Shown here: positions 50,476 through 62,818 of the stretch, one piece after another | How the letters are laid out: every line of letters begins with the position of its first letter | Position numbering within the stretch: position 1 is the stretch's first letter | Assembly: GCF_006345805.1 (NCBI RefSeq) | Contig: NW_021832010.1 | Location: forward strand, 11,548-75,547 | DNA: 64,000 nt | Direction: 5' to 3' | From: Octopus sinensis | Taxonomy: Eukaryota | Notes under the pieces: model-generated | Told to the model about the DNA's origin: nothing | What the model saw: the letters and a program-made list of their open reading frames with translations, nothing else | Databases searched by the model: none | Made by a program: the position numbers and the translations under genes

Positions 50476-50821
50476 ATGGCCAAAAAAAACAATACTAGCA
50501 AAAAAATGAAAAATATAAATATTAAAAGACTCCGTAAATTACCAAAAAAGTATATAAATTGACATAACAAAAATAAAGGAATATACCTAAGAATCTATTC
50601 GAACTAATGGACTACGAGTGGGACGATTCCTTCAAACTAATCAGTGATCTATATCCCACCAAAAGTTGGGGTCTCCATTCTAGTATTCAGTGTCCATGTT
50701 GTTTACTCAGCTCAGTCTTGTGAGGAAGGAAAACCTTCGCTTGAAGACACGGTTGGATAGTCTTGGACATAGAAAAACCCAATTACTTTTAGAAATATCA
50801 AAATTAAATTCAAATGATTAA
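50476..50821 (+). CDS. Predicted small (~96 aa) basic/coiled-coil protein hidden by two micro-introns
   Basis: Removing gtatataaattgacataacaaaaataaag (29 nt) and gttggggtctccattctagtattcag (26 nt) gives the open frame MAKKNNTSKKMKNINIKRLRKLPKKNIPKNLFELMDYEWDDSFKLISDLYPTKMSMLFTQLSLVRKENLRLKTRLDSLGHRKTQLLLEISKLNSND*. Confidence 0.6.
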
Positions 50822-50887
50822 TTAATATTTTATTATTTTTGTCTGGTTAACCTACAGAAATAAATTAATAAAACTAAATTAAAATAA

Positions 50888-51568
50888 ATGTCGGAAGTAG
50901 TTAACTTTAAATGTGTCATTGTAGGAGACCAGTATTTTTAATTTATTGTTTGTAGAGCCTCTGGTAAAACCAGTTTGATTGTTAGTTACACAAGCGACGG
51001 ACCAGCCACCAGCAAAGTCCCCCGGATTCTTAAACCTTCTTTTACTAAGCTGATGTGTCAGGGGAAGTCTGGCCCTACTCCCATCAAATTTGAAATAATT
51101 GATACTTCAGAACATGCAAGTTCAGACCAAGCATGGCCACTGTTATATCCTGAGACAGTTCGCTTTTATATATTGACATAAGGATATATTTATTATATGT
51201 TGTTCAGTTGTGGAACCTCAGTCATTTAATGTTCTGCCTTCTAAGGTAATCGAGTTATGTGATCCTCAGTGGACTTGTCACCTTCCAAAGACCACCCCAT
51301 TTATTGTTGTAGGGACCAAGACTGACCTTAGAGAAAGTCAGGATGTCATCGATGATTTAAATAGACGTGAATTGAAATTAATTTCTTACCAAAAAGGATT
51401 AAAGGAATCTAAAAAACTTGGTATTTTAGTTTTGATTTATCAGGTGCTTCAAAATATATTGAATGTTCTTCTACAACTTTTTATAATGTTCGAAATGTAT
51501 TTCAAGTAGCTATTGATATGTTGTTAACCACGACGAAAGAATTGGACAATACTTGTTACATGCTATAA
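50888..51568 (+). CDS. Atypical Rho-family small GTPase with CAAX box
   Basis: MSEVVNFKCVIVGD|QASGKTSLIVSYTS...IIDTSEHASSDQAWPLLYPET|DIFIICCSVVEPQSF..K|WTCHLPKTTPFIVVGTKTDLR..(Rho insert)..KL|GASKYIECSSTTFYNVRNVFQVAI..NTCYML*; four micro-introns. Confidence 0.88.
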
Positions 51569-52269
51569 TTAACAACTTACTATTTAGAAAATGAATTCTT
51601 AAGTTAAATCTAATATAGCTAATTAAATAATTTCTAAAACTATTGACCATTTGTCAATAGATTAAGATTATATAAAAATATCTAAGATTTTTTTGCATGA
51701 GAATTCAACTTTTTGTTTTTAAAAATCATAAACTAATACAGTAAAACGAATTCGAGATGCAATTTAGACAATATTTTATTGTTGAAACACGAACTTACAA
51801 TATATTAAATATTCCTTTTTATATACAAATGACTAGAAGATTTCCACTGACTGAAGCAAACTTGTGACTTCTGTAATACCGAAAATTGTTTTCAATAACG
51901 GAGAGAATAAATGCAGCCACTGCAACTCATTCAAAAAAGACCGTTGTCACCTGATGTGGGCGAATGCTTAACGGCCCCTATTTCAGACGAAGTGGTCAAG
52001 TGCTCGAATCTGCATCTATATCACTAATACGGAATTAAAAAATCTAAAAATTAAAAACTCATTTAGTCCATTCTGTTATTACCAACAAATTTGTGTAAAT
52101 CCGAGTTGACATAAACCTTTTGACTATAATAGTATCCCGAATATCAAATTTTTCCACGACAAATCGAGCAACAGAATTAAATTTATCAAACTGAGGATTA
52201 CTTTACAGATTTTTCTCAGGTAGATCGAATTGAAAAAGTTTCATAATACGACTTCTGACAAATAAACTG

Positions 52270-52420
52270 AAAGCGATCCACCTGGCGAAAGTAAAGATTG
52301 TCCCTGTCGTTATGACCTGGTGCGGAATTGTGTCAAAATTCTTCAAGAACCACCTGGAGGCGCTGGGAGTGGAGGACAAGTCGAAGCATATACCCCGACA
52401 CAGACCTTAGAATGCATACA
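52270..52420 (+). mobile_element. R4/Dong-like non-LTR C-terminal fragment
   Basis: VKIVPVVMTWCGIVSKFFKNHLEALG follows the RLE motif in this family. Confidence 0.6.
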
Positions 52421-52499
52421 AAAACAAGGTGCCTTTTGAGGAGGTACCGCGTGAATCTACACTGCGCTGACAATTTCCCAATGTTTCAACCTTTTCAAT

Positions 52500-55133
52500 T
52501 ATATGATTTATTTCAAATTGGGAAATTCAGCTCAAAAGTTTTCTCCATAAAATTTGTTTAAATTAAGGCCATTTTGAAATTTAACTTTTCTAGCCAGCCA
52601 AAACTTGGTACATTTCTGTTCCACCCTCTCACCTTGTTTAGCAGATGTACAGACCCAGTCAACACTTTTTCAAAGACGAATATAGTCGACTCGACAATCA
52701 ATCCAGGGTCTGCCGCTACAAAGGCTAAAGAATTTAAAAACTCGAAATACGCTAATTTTACAAACAACGTGATCTTTCCCCAAACTCCGTAGAAACATCC
52801 GGAGTTATGACTAATAAATCATCTGGATCTCTTTGGGGAAATCGGGCAACTGATCTCCAGAAGACGAAGAGAGCCTCGGGAGAAGAATTGGCTGTTCCAA
52901 AGAATCTCCATTGCGGTTTTGAGTGATATTGTTTTCTCGATCATAGGTAATTTTGATTAAAACTAACTTAATAAAAGTTCTGACTTGAAAAAAATTAAAT
53001 TATTCCGTGTCTAGCGCAAAGTAATTGGCGAGATATCTAATAGTTCAAAATAAAAACTGTCTAAAAATGATTAAAAAAATATAGATTAAATAGTTAAGAT
53101 GAAATAAAAGATTAAAATATTGTTAAAATAAAAACAATTCAATTACAGAATATCGAATATTTTAAATTTAATCAATTTTAACAAAAATATAAACCATAAA
53201 TATAATGGAAGAATATTTGCATAGAACAAAATAAATAATGAGTTTTAACGTGATTATCTAACTACATTAGGTTTTCCAAATAAAATTAACTACAATAAAA
53301 CAAATATTTTATTATAATTAACCTCATCGGTGTCGATGTGAAGGTATGGCCTTGCCATGAGGCACTCAACGACATCATCTCGCGAGCACTCAATTCTGTC
53401 GGTTTCTCAAATATACTTGAACCAGTCGGTCTAGACATGGGGACTGCAAATCCACTTTTTCCTTGCAAGGTAGGACTTTCTCCTCCATGTGGCTAACATC
53501 TTGGAATCTCGCTGCCTATTCTCCTCTGGCTGTTTACTCAACAAATAGTGAACATTGACTCAGTAGTGATAAATCAAAAAATTACAACCTTGGCGCTTGT
53601 GCATTACACTGACCTGGCCACTGTTTTGAGCATTTCTTCTATTATTTTCACAACTTTGTCGACATCATTCTCCGCGATTTTCTGAAGCTCCACTGAAAAA
53701 AATGAATCCTTCGTTTTATTTGAGTATCTTTCAATAAATAAAACAGATCCAACCCTGTACTCCACGAGAAATCTGCTCCTATTTGTGGGGTGATAAAGCC
53801 TCCTAAAAAGGATAGGTATCGCTACCCACAAAAAAAGAACACTAAAAGTTTGTTTAGACATTAAAATACTACAAAATGTCAAAAAAACTCTTTAAACAAA
53901 AAAACTTTTTAAGCAAAAAAGTAGTCGAAACGGCAGCGCATTTATTTGAATCGACAGTAACTAGTAGGTCAGCAGACGAAAAAGTAATTTTTCTATCCAA
54001 AAAAACAGACCTCCAATTTCTTTTCCCCACTTCTCAAGCGTGTCATCCATGGTGTAGACATCCATCGTGGAAAAACCCCTAAATTTGTCGTCAATCATTT
54101 TGGTATTAATCTCAAGGAGGATGTTTTTGTGTGTTACGATCCTAAACTGATGGAACGAGTGAGAGCACAATATATTTCTAGGGTGGTATTGTCTCTGGTG
54201 AAATTTGAGCAAATCAGATTGGTTTAAGTCCATTATCGAGAAGGGGATTTCTTCTTAATGCCACTTTTATGTTTTCGTAGGCATCAATTCAAACTCTAAT
54301 TTGCAAGAATACACATTGCCGATGAAGAATCAGGAATAGTCGAGCACTGTGTATCAAATCTCCTCTTTTGACGATTATTTTGGAATTTATATATTTGTGT
54401 CCTACATTCATATCGAAACCCCTTCTACCTCGAGAAATTGAAAAACTGAATTTACCAGAAATTGGATTCTTTTAATAGTAGATTGAACACCCATAAGAAA
54501 TAGACATTTAACAGATTTCTAAAATATACGTGGTTTTGAGTGGAAAACGGTTTGTAGGCCGCGTTGAAAATTAATTGGTCATCAAATCATTAAAACGTGA
54601 ATGCGTTCATGTAGGTATTCAGCATTAAGAGAAAAGATATCTAACTGGATGCTTTTTGCTGCCACGGATAGCCATATGTTTGAGTACGTGGGTGATTCCT
54701 TTATCGTTTTCCGCGTATGCTAGAATGGTGATGCTTATTTTAAGTTATTTCATTATTTTTATACCAGGAGACATTATTAGAGTCGTCTGAGGCAATTTGG
54801 AGATATTCTGGCTCGATTTATCATGCTTAAATAAGTATTGGTTAGTCTGAGTTTGTTGCTTTTTGTAGTTTTAATGGAAGGTTATTTAAAGAACAGGCAC
54901 TTTTTGAGACGAAAACTCTATAGAATCTAGAAGCACATTTTCGTGTCCATGCTTAAAGACAACTCCCAAGTCTGTCTTGCGGCCATAGAATGTCTGCTGG
55001 TCCTCCACTCCAAGTTTAGAAAGCAATGACACAAAATCAAAAACCGATTGCCACTCTCCAGCTCGCAAAACTCATCAACAGAGGCATTGGCAAAATAAAA
55101 GGCAAACACAAACCTAATTATTAGGGCGAACAT
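52500..55133 (-). pseudogene. PITRM1: Presequence protease (PITRM1/Cym1, M16C)-like pseudogene
   Basis: ENDKGITHVLKHMAIRGSKKHPVR (HxxEH changed to HxxKH), LNTYMNAFT, PFSTQNHVYFRNLLNVY, IMDLNQSDLLKFHQRQYHPRN and DSFFSVELQKIAENDVDKVVKII all map to PITRM1 in order. There are multiple stops and frameshifts. The 3' limit is approximate. Confidence 0.85.
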
Positions 55134-55660
55134 TTTTGAACTTTAAAAATTGAAAAAATAGCCTTAAAAAGTTAACTTTATTTAGAAAAATTTTCAACTT
55201 AGAAATTAACTTTATGGCATAAATAGACCATTTCGCACAGTTAAATAAAAATGTTTGTCTTTCTCATTTTACCTTTTTTAATCTCTAACGATGAAGAATT
55301 TAAAGGTTTTGTTAGTTAATATTTATTTATAGGCGACTTTATTATATCCGAATTGGATTTGGGCAAAGTATTTATTTTATATAAATTTCTAACATTTAAA
55401 ATTGCTCTATTTAGAAGTTGACAGAGAACCCACCAAACTGTGAACTCCGAGAAACAAGAACCTCATGAAAGATAAAGGTTTTTGATTGTCAAAAAAAGTC
55501 CACTTATTCCATCTTTCCAGCCTTATAAAAGCAAATGCGTTTTCCCTTTTGAGCAGTGCATTGGAGAAACAGAAGTATAGACAAGGAGGTTAAGTCAAAG
55601 AGAGGAGAACAGGAGTGGTGGAGGGTTAGTTAGTTTCGGCTTCTCAGTTACTCCTGAACC

Positions 55661-55753
55661 CAAAATAAAAAACAAACACAAAACTAATTATTAGGAAAAC
55701 ATTTTTTAACCTTAAAAATTAACAAAATTTAACCGTAAAAAGTTAACTTTATT
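55661..55753 (-). repeat. Second copy of the PITRM1-like 5' end (55091-55192) with unrelated downstream sequence
   Basis: caaaataaaa..caaacacaaa.ctaattattagg..aacattttt.aac.ttaaaaatt..aaagttaactttatt is shared between the two copies. Confidence 0.75.
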
Positions 55754-55989
55754 AACCTATAAACTAAAATTTTTAACTTAAAAATTAACTTTATTTTTTC
55801 TTTACTTAAACTTCTAAATTAATAATTTTAATTGGATCGCTTTCCAAAATTTTCTTCTGAAAATATTTTTAGCCACTGTTTTATTTTACCCAAAATCTAC
55901 TGCACTAAGAGTCGAATATGATAGAAAATTACCTCGTTCTCATTTATTTCAAAAATATTAATCCCTGATATAAATTTTTTTGGAATAAT

Positions 55990-56450
55990 AAGATGGAACT
56001 TTTAACCAGTATCCCATCTGGTCAATACTACTTTCGGCGGAATTCTAATTTCTGAAAACAACAATTGTTGGTTTTGATTTTTCCTAATTGCAGCTTTTAC
56101 ACTCGATATCACATCATCAACTTCTGGATAAAATTTTCTGATCTCCATTGAACAATTATGTAAAATATGGGCAACACAATTGACCTAGAAAATATTAGGA
56201 TATAGATTTGTAAAAATAAAAATTTTCCTGGGTAAATCGAAAATAAATTAAAAATACCGGCCATCATATACCTTGCAGTATCATAATGTCAATTATAAAA
56301 CTGAAAATGTATTGCTTGTGTAAACGATTCAATTTGAAAGAATAATCTTCATAACGAGGTTTGCTCTCAATATCTCAATTTTTCTTCATTGAAAAAACAT
56401 CCGACTTATAGAGAATTGATTTTTATTTAGATAATCATTAATTTCTTTCC
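55990..56450 (-). mobile_element. hAT-type (DUF659/CGGBP1-like) transposase fragment
   Basis: DTARYMMAG...VNCVAHILHNCSMEIRKFYPEVDDVISSVKA...PPKVVLTRWGYWL contains the CxxH and TRW motifs. Confidence 0.75.
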
Positions 56451-56758
56451 TAAACTTTATTAATCAAATGTTCAAGCATCTATTTTTTTCTGTTAAAAAA
56501 ATCTCGTATTTATTGTTAATGTTTCGTTGGTCCATCCACACAATTTCCCGAAAAACATTACTGTCTGCATATATGCCGTTTAAACGCTGATGTTTAGAGC
56601 TTCAAAATTAGTGCTTGAGGCATCAATACAAATGCTCACGCTTTCGACGTTGAAGACTGAAAACGCTATAATTATGCAAGTAAAATAATAGTTTTAAAGC
56701 GTTTTTTCAAAGTTCCGTAAAATGATGAAGTTGAAAATATTTAGAAAATAATAAAGAA

Positions 56759-58300
56759 TTATAAATCATCAACTAGGTGACGTGCAATGCCCATACTCGA
56801 AAGCGTAGTTTTATAATGTGTCATATATTCAGGATCCGTCAAATAAAATATTTTTGGGTCCCTCTGTGTCTTATTTGAGTATTTTGATTGACGATAAAAT
56901 ACGACTCCAATGAATATGATACTTATTACTAAAAATATGAGAAAAATAATCCAGGCAGACACCACACGTCTCTTTTGCCGGCTATCTGGAAATAAATTTA
57001 GTGGTTCTGAGACCACCAAATAAACAGTCTTTACAGCTTTTCCGAAATCATTTTCGACAAGACATCGAATACTCATTGACTTTTCTGTCAAAATACTCAA
57101 AAGTGAATTATTTTGTGACAGTGTTGATACCAATTTATCCGAATAAGTCTCTAAATGTAATAATAGTGTGATTACCATATTCCTCTAAATTTATATACCA
57201 CTTTATTTTAGGTTCGGGGTACCCTTTTTCAGGAATACATTTAAAATTCGCCGTATTACCAGACGTGACGTTTTGTGAGCGAAGGGAGTCAGAAATGACA
57301 GGCAATTCTTTAATATTTAAAACTATTTTAACCGTAAATAGATACAGTAAATGTTTTTTCAGTTTCTTTCGTATCTACATATGTCTCGTTCAAACATAAA
57401 AATTCGGTTTTCTTTCGTGGAGGTTTGTGTTCAGACCTACAAGCAAAAATTTCAGGTTCTTTTTTTTCAGTGGCAACTATTTTCATAACGTGAGATGAGA
57501 TAAGTTCATTATTCTTATAATAAAGGCCAGGATTTCCAACCCTAAAATCAATGTTGGTGGGAAAACCTTCCAAAATAGAAACAAGGGACGATATTATGGA
57601 CTTTTCCAAACTCTAACGCGACGTTTGACGTTTTTGGAAAAAAGTGAATTAGATCAAAATCGGATTCTTAAAAATTTAGATTATTATCAAAATAAACCCT
57701 GAATAGTGAAATTAAAAAAATATGATTTTAACTCTTTGTTCCCAATACAAATATACTTGCACGTGGAGTCTTCTGCAATTAAGTATTTTATATATAAATC
57801 ATTGTCGACCACATAAAATCTGTCATGATCTGCTTTCCCTATAATTTTGGTCATTTCCTCTGCATATTGGGGCCATCTGTGCCAGGTGCATTGGCCAGTG
57901 ATTCCATTTCCACTTAGAATGGCAAATGGAAGTGTATATGTATTATATACTATAATTATAACATTTCTATATACCGATATGTAGTATTGGACTCTCTACA
58001 TTCATTGGGAGAGATATTTCGTAACCACATTCGTTTTCGACAGAACATTGAAATATTCCATTTCCTTGGAACCCCTTGCTAAATGCGAGCTTATTGCCAT
58101 TTTTATAAAAATAGTAATTAGTTTCAAAGTCAATAGGAATCCCATCTTTAGTCCAACTGAATATTTTATATATAAATATACTTGTATTCAGTTGTATTTG
58201 TCTCTATTGGACATGTAATACTACGCTTATAATAAGTGAGTAGAAATGTAGTTTGTGACATATCCATTGTCGGGGGAGTGCAGTGGAGGGATATACTTGG
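56759..58300 (-). CDS. Type I membrane protein with several Ig-like domains
   Basis: ITCPIETNTTEY|NWTKDGIPI...GNGIFQCSVENECG; GQCTWHRWP..CKYICIG; CLVENDFGKAVKTVYLVV; TM segment VVSAWIIFLIFLVISIIFIGVVFY; Tyr-containing tail. The frame across ~57600-57700 and the 5' end are unresolved, so it may carry a frameshift. Confidence 0.7.
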
Positions 58301-59939
58301 ATAAATAAATATGAGCAGATAAACTAACATTTGTCGTCATCTACGGAATTATACATATTTATAATTTATTTCCTTGTGTGCTATTTATGTCTATTTTTAT
58401 AAAAAGAGTTAACGTCAACAGTCTTCAAAATTAAGCTTACACAATTTCAATTTTTTGAAATCTCAAAAACTGGTTTTGCCTAGAGAAGTGAAAATCCTGC
58501 GAGTAATACAAATAGATTACAGAAATCAAGAATTGCAGGATTTTTAATTTCTAAATTTGGAATTAAATATAAAGGAAATTAAAAACATGACAAGTGACTC
58601 CATAAAGTATATTACAAGTTGTTATGTAATCATTTATATTAAAACTTGCACGGAAATATGAAAATTAAACGTAAAAATTGAAGTAAAATCTAAGAGCAAT
58701 TAAAAGTTACTAGAAACAATATTAATCAATCAAGTAATATACATCTCTGTGTGGAGGAATAAATAGACTCGTCAATTTATGTATGTTAAAAGGGATGGAT
58801 AGATTAATTTAATCATAATTAGTCATTAAATGTCTCATTTTGTCACAATATGCTTCATTTTTTTTAGTTAGAAACAAGAAAGAAATTAAAGGCCTCACTA
58901 GACACCCGGCCAGCCTCGCGAAATAATATTTATGTTTTAAGACTGAGTAAAAATTAATTTAGTTATAAGAAAATTTTATTAAAACAAAACAAAATTTAAT
59001 CAAGGTTACACTATTTAATTGAGATTTTGACTTTTTACTGTTGGAAATCTCTTTCCTTTTTAAAGGGGAGAATTTTCTACCATAGATAAAGTTATGTGTC
59101 TCATACCTTTAATTGAAGTATCCCACAAGAATGCCAGTACCACGGGTAGGTCGGTAGCGAAGGTATATTCTTCACCAAATACCTTCATCCCATACTTATG
59201 TTTAATCAACATACTTTCAAGCGTCCTTTTCAGTATAACGGATTGGATATAAATTTTCGTTGATTATTCAAGGGTTATTTTATCCATGTAATTTTAACAG
59301 CATTTTGAAACAACTCTATCCATAGTTATAAGTAGTATGTGCCATTTATAATACATAGGATTGTTCAAGACGTGTTTTTTTTATGAAAATAAAAACATAA
59401 TGTTGATCTATAACATGGAAGTCAAAGAACTTATTATTAAATTTCACTTATATTAACATTAAAATAAAAAAAAACTAGAATAATGTAAAGAAGAATTTAA
59501 TAATTTGATTAATGAATTAAAACCATTCTTCTGCCTAAATACATTATACAAACTTAACTCAAAGTCGAACCTGCGTCAGTTGGCTTCACTAAACTACCCG
59601 TGTAAGACGCATACGGGAGATTGACTCTAAAGACTTTCTATCTAAAGACTTCCTATCCGGCCTTAGAAAGGCGTTACGTGGTCCACCAAATTCACTTGGA
59701 GATTTCGACTGGATTTGAAAACGCCGAGGGGGCACCTAATGCTCACCGAAAAAGGACCAATAGCTCTCCTACCCCCTGGGACATCGTCGTCGCAGGACGA
59801 TGCACTTTGCATAGGATTGAACCTTTCCGGAGGATCTCCGTCGAAGTGCGTCGGGATCACACGCTAATTAGTTTGGTCTTAACTGTGGTCTTGGTGTTTA
59901 ATAAATAAATAATCTCTACGACAGATTACTCCTGGAAGA

Positions 59940-60180
59940 TGAATCTTTAATGATTGGTATCCATTAAAGCTTAGGCTTTGGATACCTGCCAGCCCCACCC
60001 TTGGCGGTGCGTGTCTACAGTTTTGTCAAACGGCTTTCATGTCTTGTTGTGCAAACAAGTGCCATTAGAATTCCGCATTACACTTAATTTACATTGTCCC
60101 CGTAGTCTTCGAAACCTTTGGAATCGTCGGCAATGCTGCGACTCTACTTCTTTCTAACATTGGTTGAAAGTTTCAAAGAA
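59940..60180 (+). mobile_element. CRE-clade RLE fragment; another 3' end at 61200-61355 (+)
   Basis: IVPVVFETFGIVGNAATLLLSNIG, and RDPREFIFLIQRISVAVLRGNCLSIL* at 61260-61353. Confidence 0.65.
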
Positions 60181-61899
60181 AATTAATGACCGGAAGGCGA
60201 CTAGTTGGCTTTTTTAGCAAATTTCAGTCGCTGCGCTTCGCGAAAACTGTCACTAAATACACAGCGCAGCGTTGTTGAGCTGACTTTTAGGCTCTCGACT
60301 GTTTTTTAGTTACCTACTTTGTCTGTTTTTGGTCACATAATGAAATAATTAAAATTAAAAAAATTTATTGAACATTTAGCGATCTTATGACAATATACGC
60401 TGTAACAAAAAGCGATGCCATTGGTGTAATCACCGTATAGAAGAAGCAGGGTCTTTTGCTTGCTCCGTTTCCGGCCTGAGCCAGTACGACCCTTATTATT
60501 CAAACCTGAGAGTATTACTTTCATAATACTATCATGTTCACATCAACCATACGATGGCAACAGGCATCACTTACTACCGACCACAAAGCCTTCTTAATTT
60601 GGGATAAATCAATGTTAATATCAATTGTTTTTCATTCTTATCAATTTTTATTTAAATTCAAGATATAAGTCTGCTTGATTTTTACAGTATAAGATATTAG
60701 AGAAAGTCGCGTTTAATGCAAGCCACTTTCTTAAAACAACTGAAAGACAGCTTCATCTCAGAGATCAAAGTCAACTTCGGGTATCTTCCGTAACTTTTTG
60801 AAATTCCACATTATGGCAAATAGACAAAAATAAAAAATGTGCTTTTTCCTTTGTCTTTGAAACCTGTGACGTTGGAAATCGTACTTCTCTTTAAATAAAG
60901 AAGCTCAGACTTGCCTTGGTGAATAAAACTAAGCCTAAAATTATCCATCTTACAAAAAAATACTAAAATAAGCTTGCGATATCGGGGATCACTTGAAATT
61001 ATAATTAACTTGCTTACCCTGGTCTTTTGGTCAATAATATCTCTCTGTCTCTCTTTCATTTTCAGCGGAAGACCGATCGTCATTCATAAGGACGACTATT
61101 ATCCTATTTGCAACCAAAAAGGTTATTATCAACGATAATTATAAATCAATTTCATATGAATTCAGTAAAACATAATACAATCTTAATTTCGTTGATAAAG
61201 TTTGGGGCCAAGACGCTTGCCCATCTCAAGAAACTTGGCCGCTTGTGCACCCACCGCTCCAGAGATCCGAGGGAATTTATATTCCTCATTCAGAGGATCT
61301 CGGTGGCTGTTTTACGCGGGAATTGTCTTTCAATCCTGCGAGCCAGTTCATAATAGCTAGTTTTTTTTGTTTTCGTTATTAAAAAAAAAATTTTTAAAAA
61401 AAAAGTTAATGTTAAATTCAGTAAAAAATTTGAGCTATTTAGAAAAATTAAATATTTAAAAATTATGCAAACCTCATTTCTTATATTCATTAATCAACAA
61501 ATCACCAAAAAGAGTAGAATTTTTTGTTAAAATTATGATGCAAAAGAATGGCAAAAATAAGACCTCTCTTTCAAAGAAAAAGTGTATTGTTTGAGATGCT
61601 ACGTGCGTGAACTATTTTTCCTCTCAGAACATAAGAATATCACTAGAAAGGCCTGGAGCTCTATAACACGTGGGAACATAATTTCAATTATTCAAACAAA
61701 AAAAATATTTATGAAACTTTGAATAATAAAAAATTTGACGTTTTTCAATCAATATAAGTCCCAAATATTCCAGATTCCAATAATACGTTAAAGTAAACAA
61801 TTCAAAAAGTAATCAACAATTTTTCAAAACGAATAAAAGCTTTAGTTACCTCTATATAATATCCCCCGCTAGACAGATTCCCGTGCAAAAATAGTGCTA

Positions 61900-62540
61900 G
61901 TAAAATTCATCGCCAGACTCAACCCAACAACGATGTCAGTCCTTGGTTTATGACCGACTAATTGCCAAAATCGAAAAAAGACTTTTCGCTTATTTTCCCG
62001 TGGAAAAACCGAATAATTCTACTCTTCCTAAAATTACTTTATTTCCCCACGTTCACCACTCCCTCCGCCGACATCATAAACCTACTCTTCACACAACCAC
62101 AACAACTGCCTCACAATTATGTCCGGTGGACACAAATTGTTCACCACCGGGCCGAACATCACTACATTTCTCAACGATACAAATCACTCTACTTTTATCC
62201 TCTCCTCCAAATTGCAAGCCATGTTCATCCCACTCAAATTCAACAGGTCTGATCCCAGTCAGATTTGCAGTCCCGCCCACCCATACTCCACTTTTGTCCT
62301 CAGGTCACGCACCCGATAACAGTCGATCACTTTTATCTCCTCACAATCACTCACCACGTCTATCAAATTCGTCTTTACTGTCAGGAACATTCGCAAAGAA
62401 TGCAGTCGCACTGTATTTACCGTGTTCCCACACTTGTCTCCTTCATCCCACACGTAAAACTCCTCGTCTTTCAACAGCTCTTCCAATTCCGTCATTCTCC
62501 TCATTTCCCGTAGCACTTATTAAATATATCACGAAATGAT
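61900..62540 (-). pseudogene. Possible METTL22-like (Methyltransf_16) remnant
   Basis: A single frame with stops: AGLQI*, LGSDLLNLSGMNMACN and IIVRQLLWL resemble VGKQVW, VGADLLSMCQRNIALN and VRVKELDWL of METTL22, with the SAM-binding GxGxG segment missing. Weak, by-eye match. Confidence 0.3.
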
Positions 62541-62818
62541 GAGAATGCTCATTTATTAAACAATGCTCATCGAACGCAATTCACGCTATGACTGTCCTAT
62601 TGGGAGTGTCCTATTGGGACTATCAACCCGACAACCAGATGCAATTCATCCTACTGTCTTATGTATACGACTGCCCATTGGTACTGCTCAATTGGCACCC
62701 TTTTCTGTCCTATTTCCCATAGCACGCCAACCAGACGCAATTCACGACTGCCCTATTGGCATTGTCCTATTGACACTCTTTTCTGTTCTATTGCCATTTG
62801 AGCACATCACAAAACCAT

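Noticed and set aside
61943-62539. 198-aa His/Pro/Thr-rich plus-strand ORF
   Set aside because: It is most likely the antisense shadow of a G-rich minus-strand coding remnant, with no recognisable domain or intron structure.
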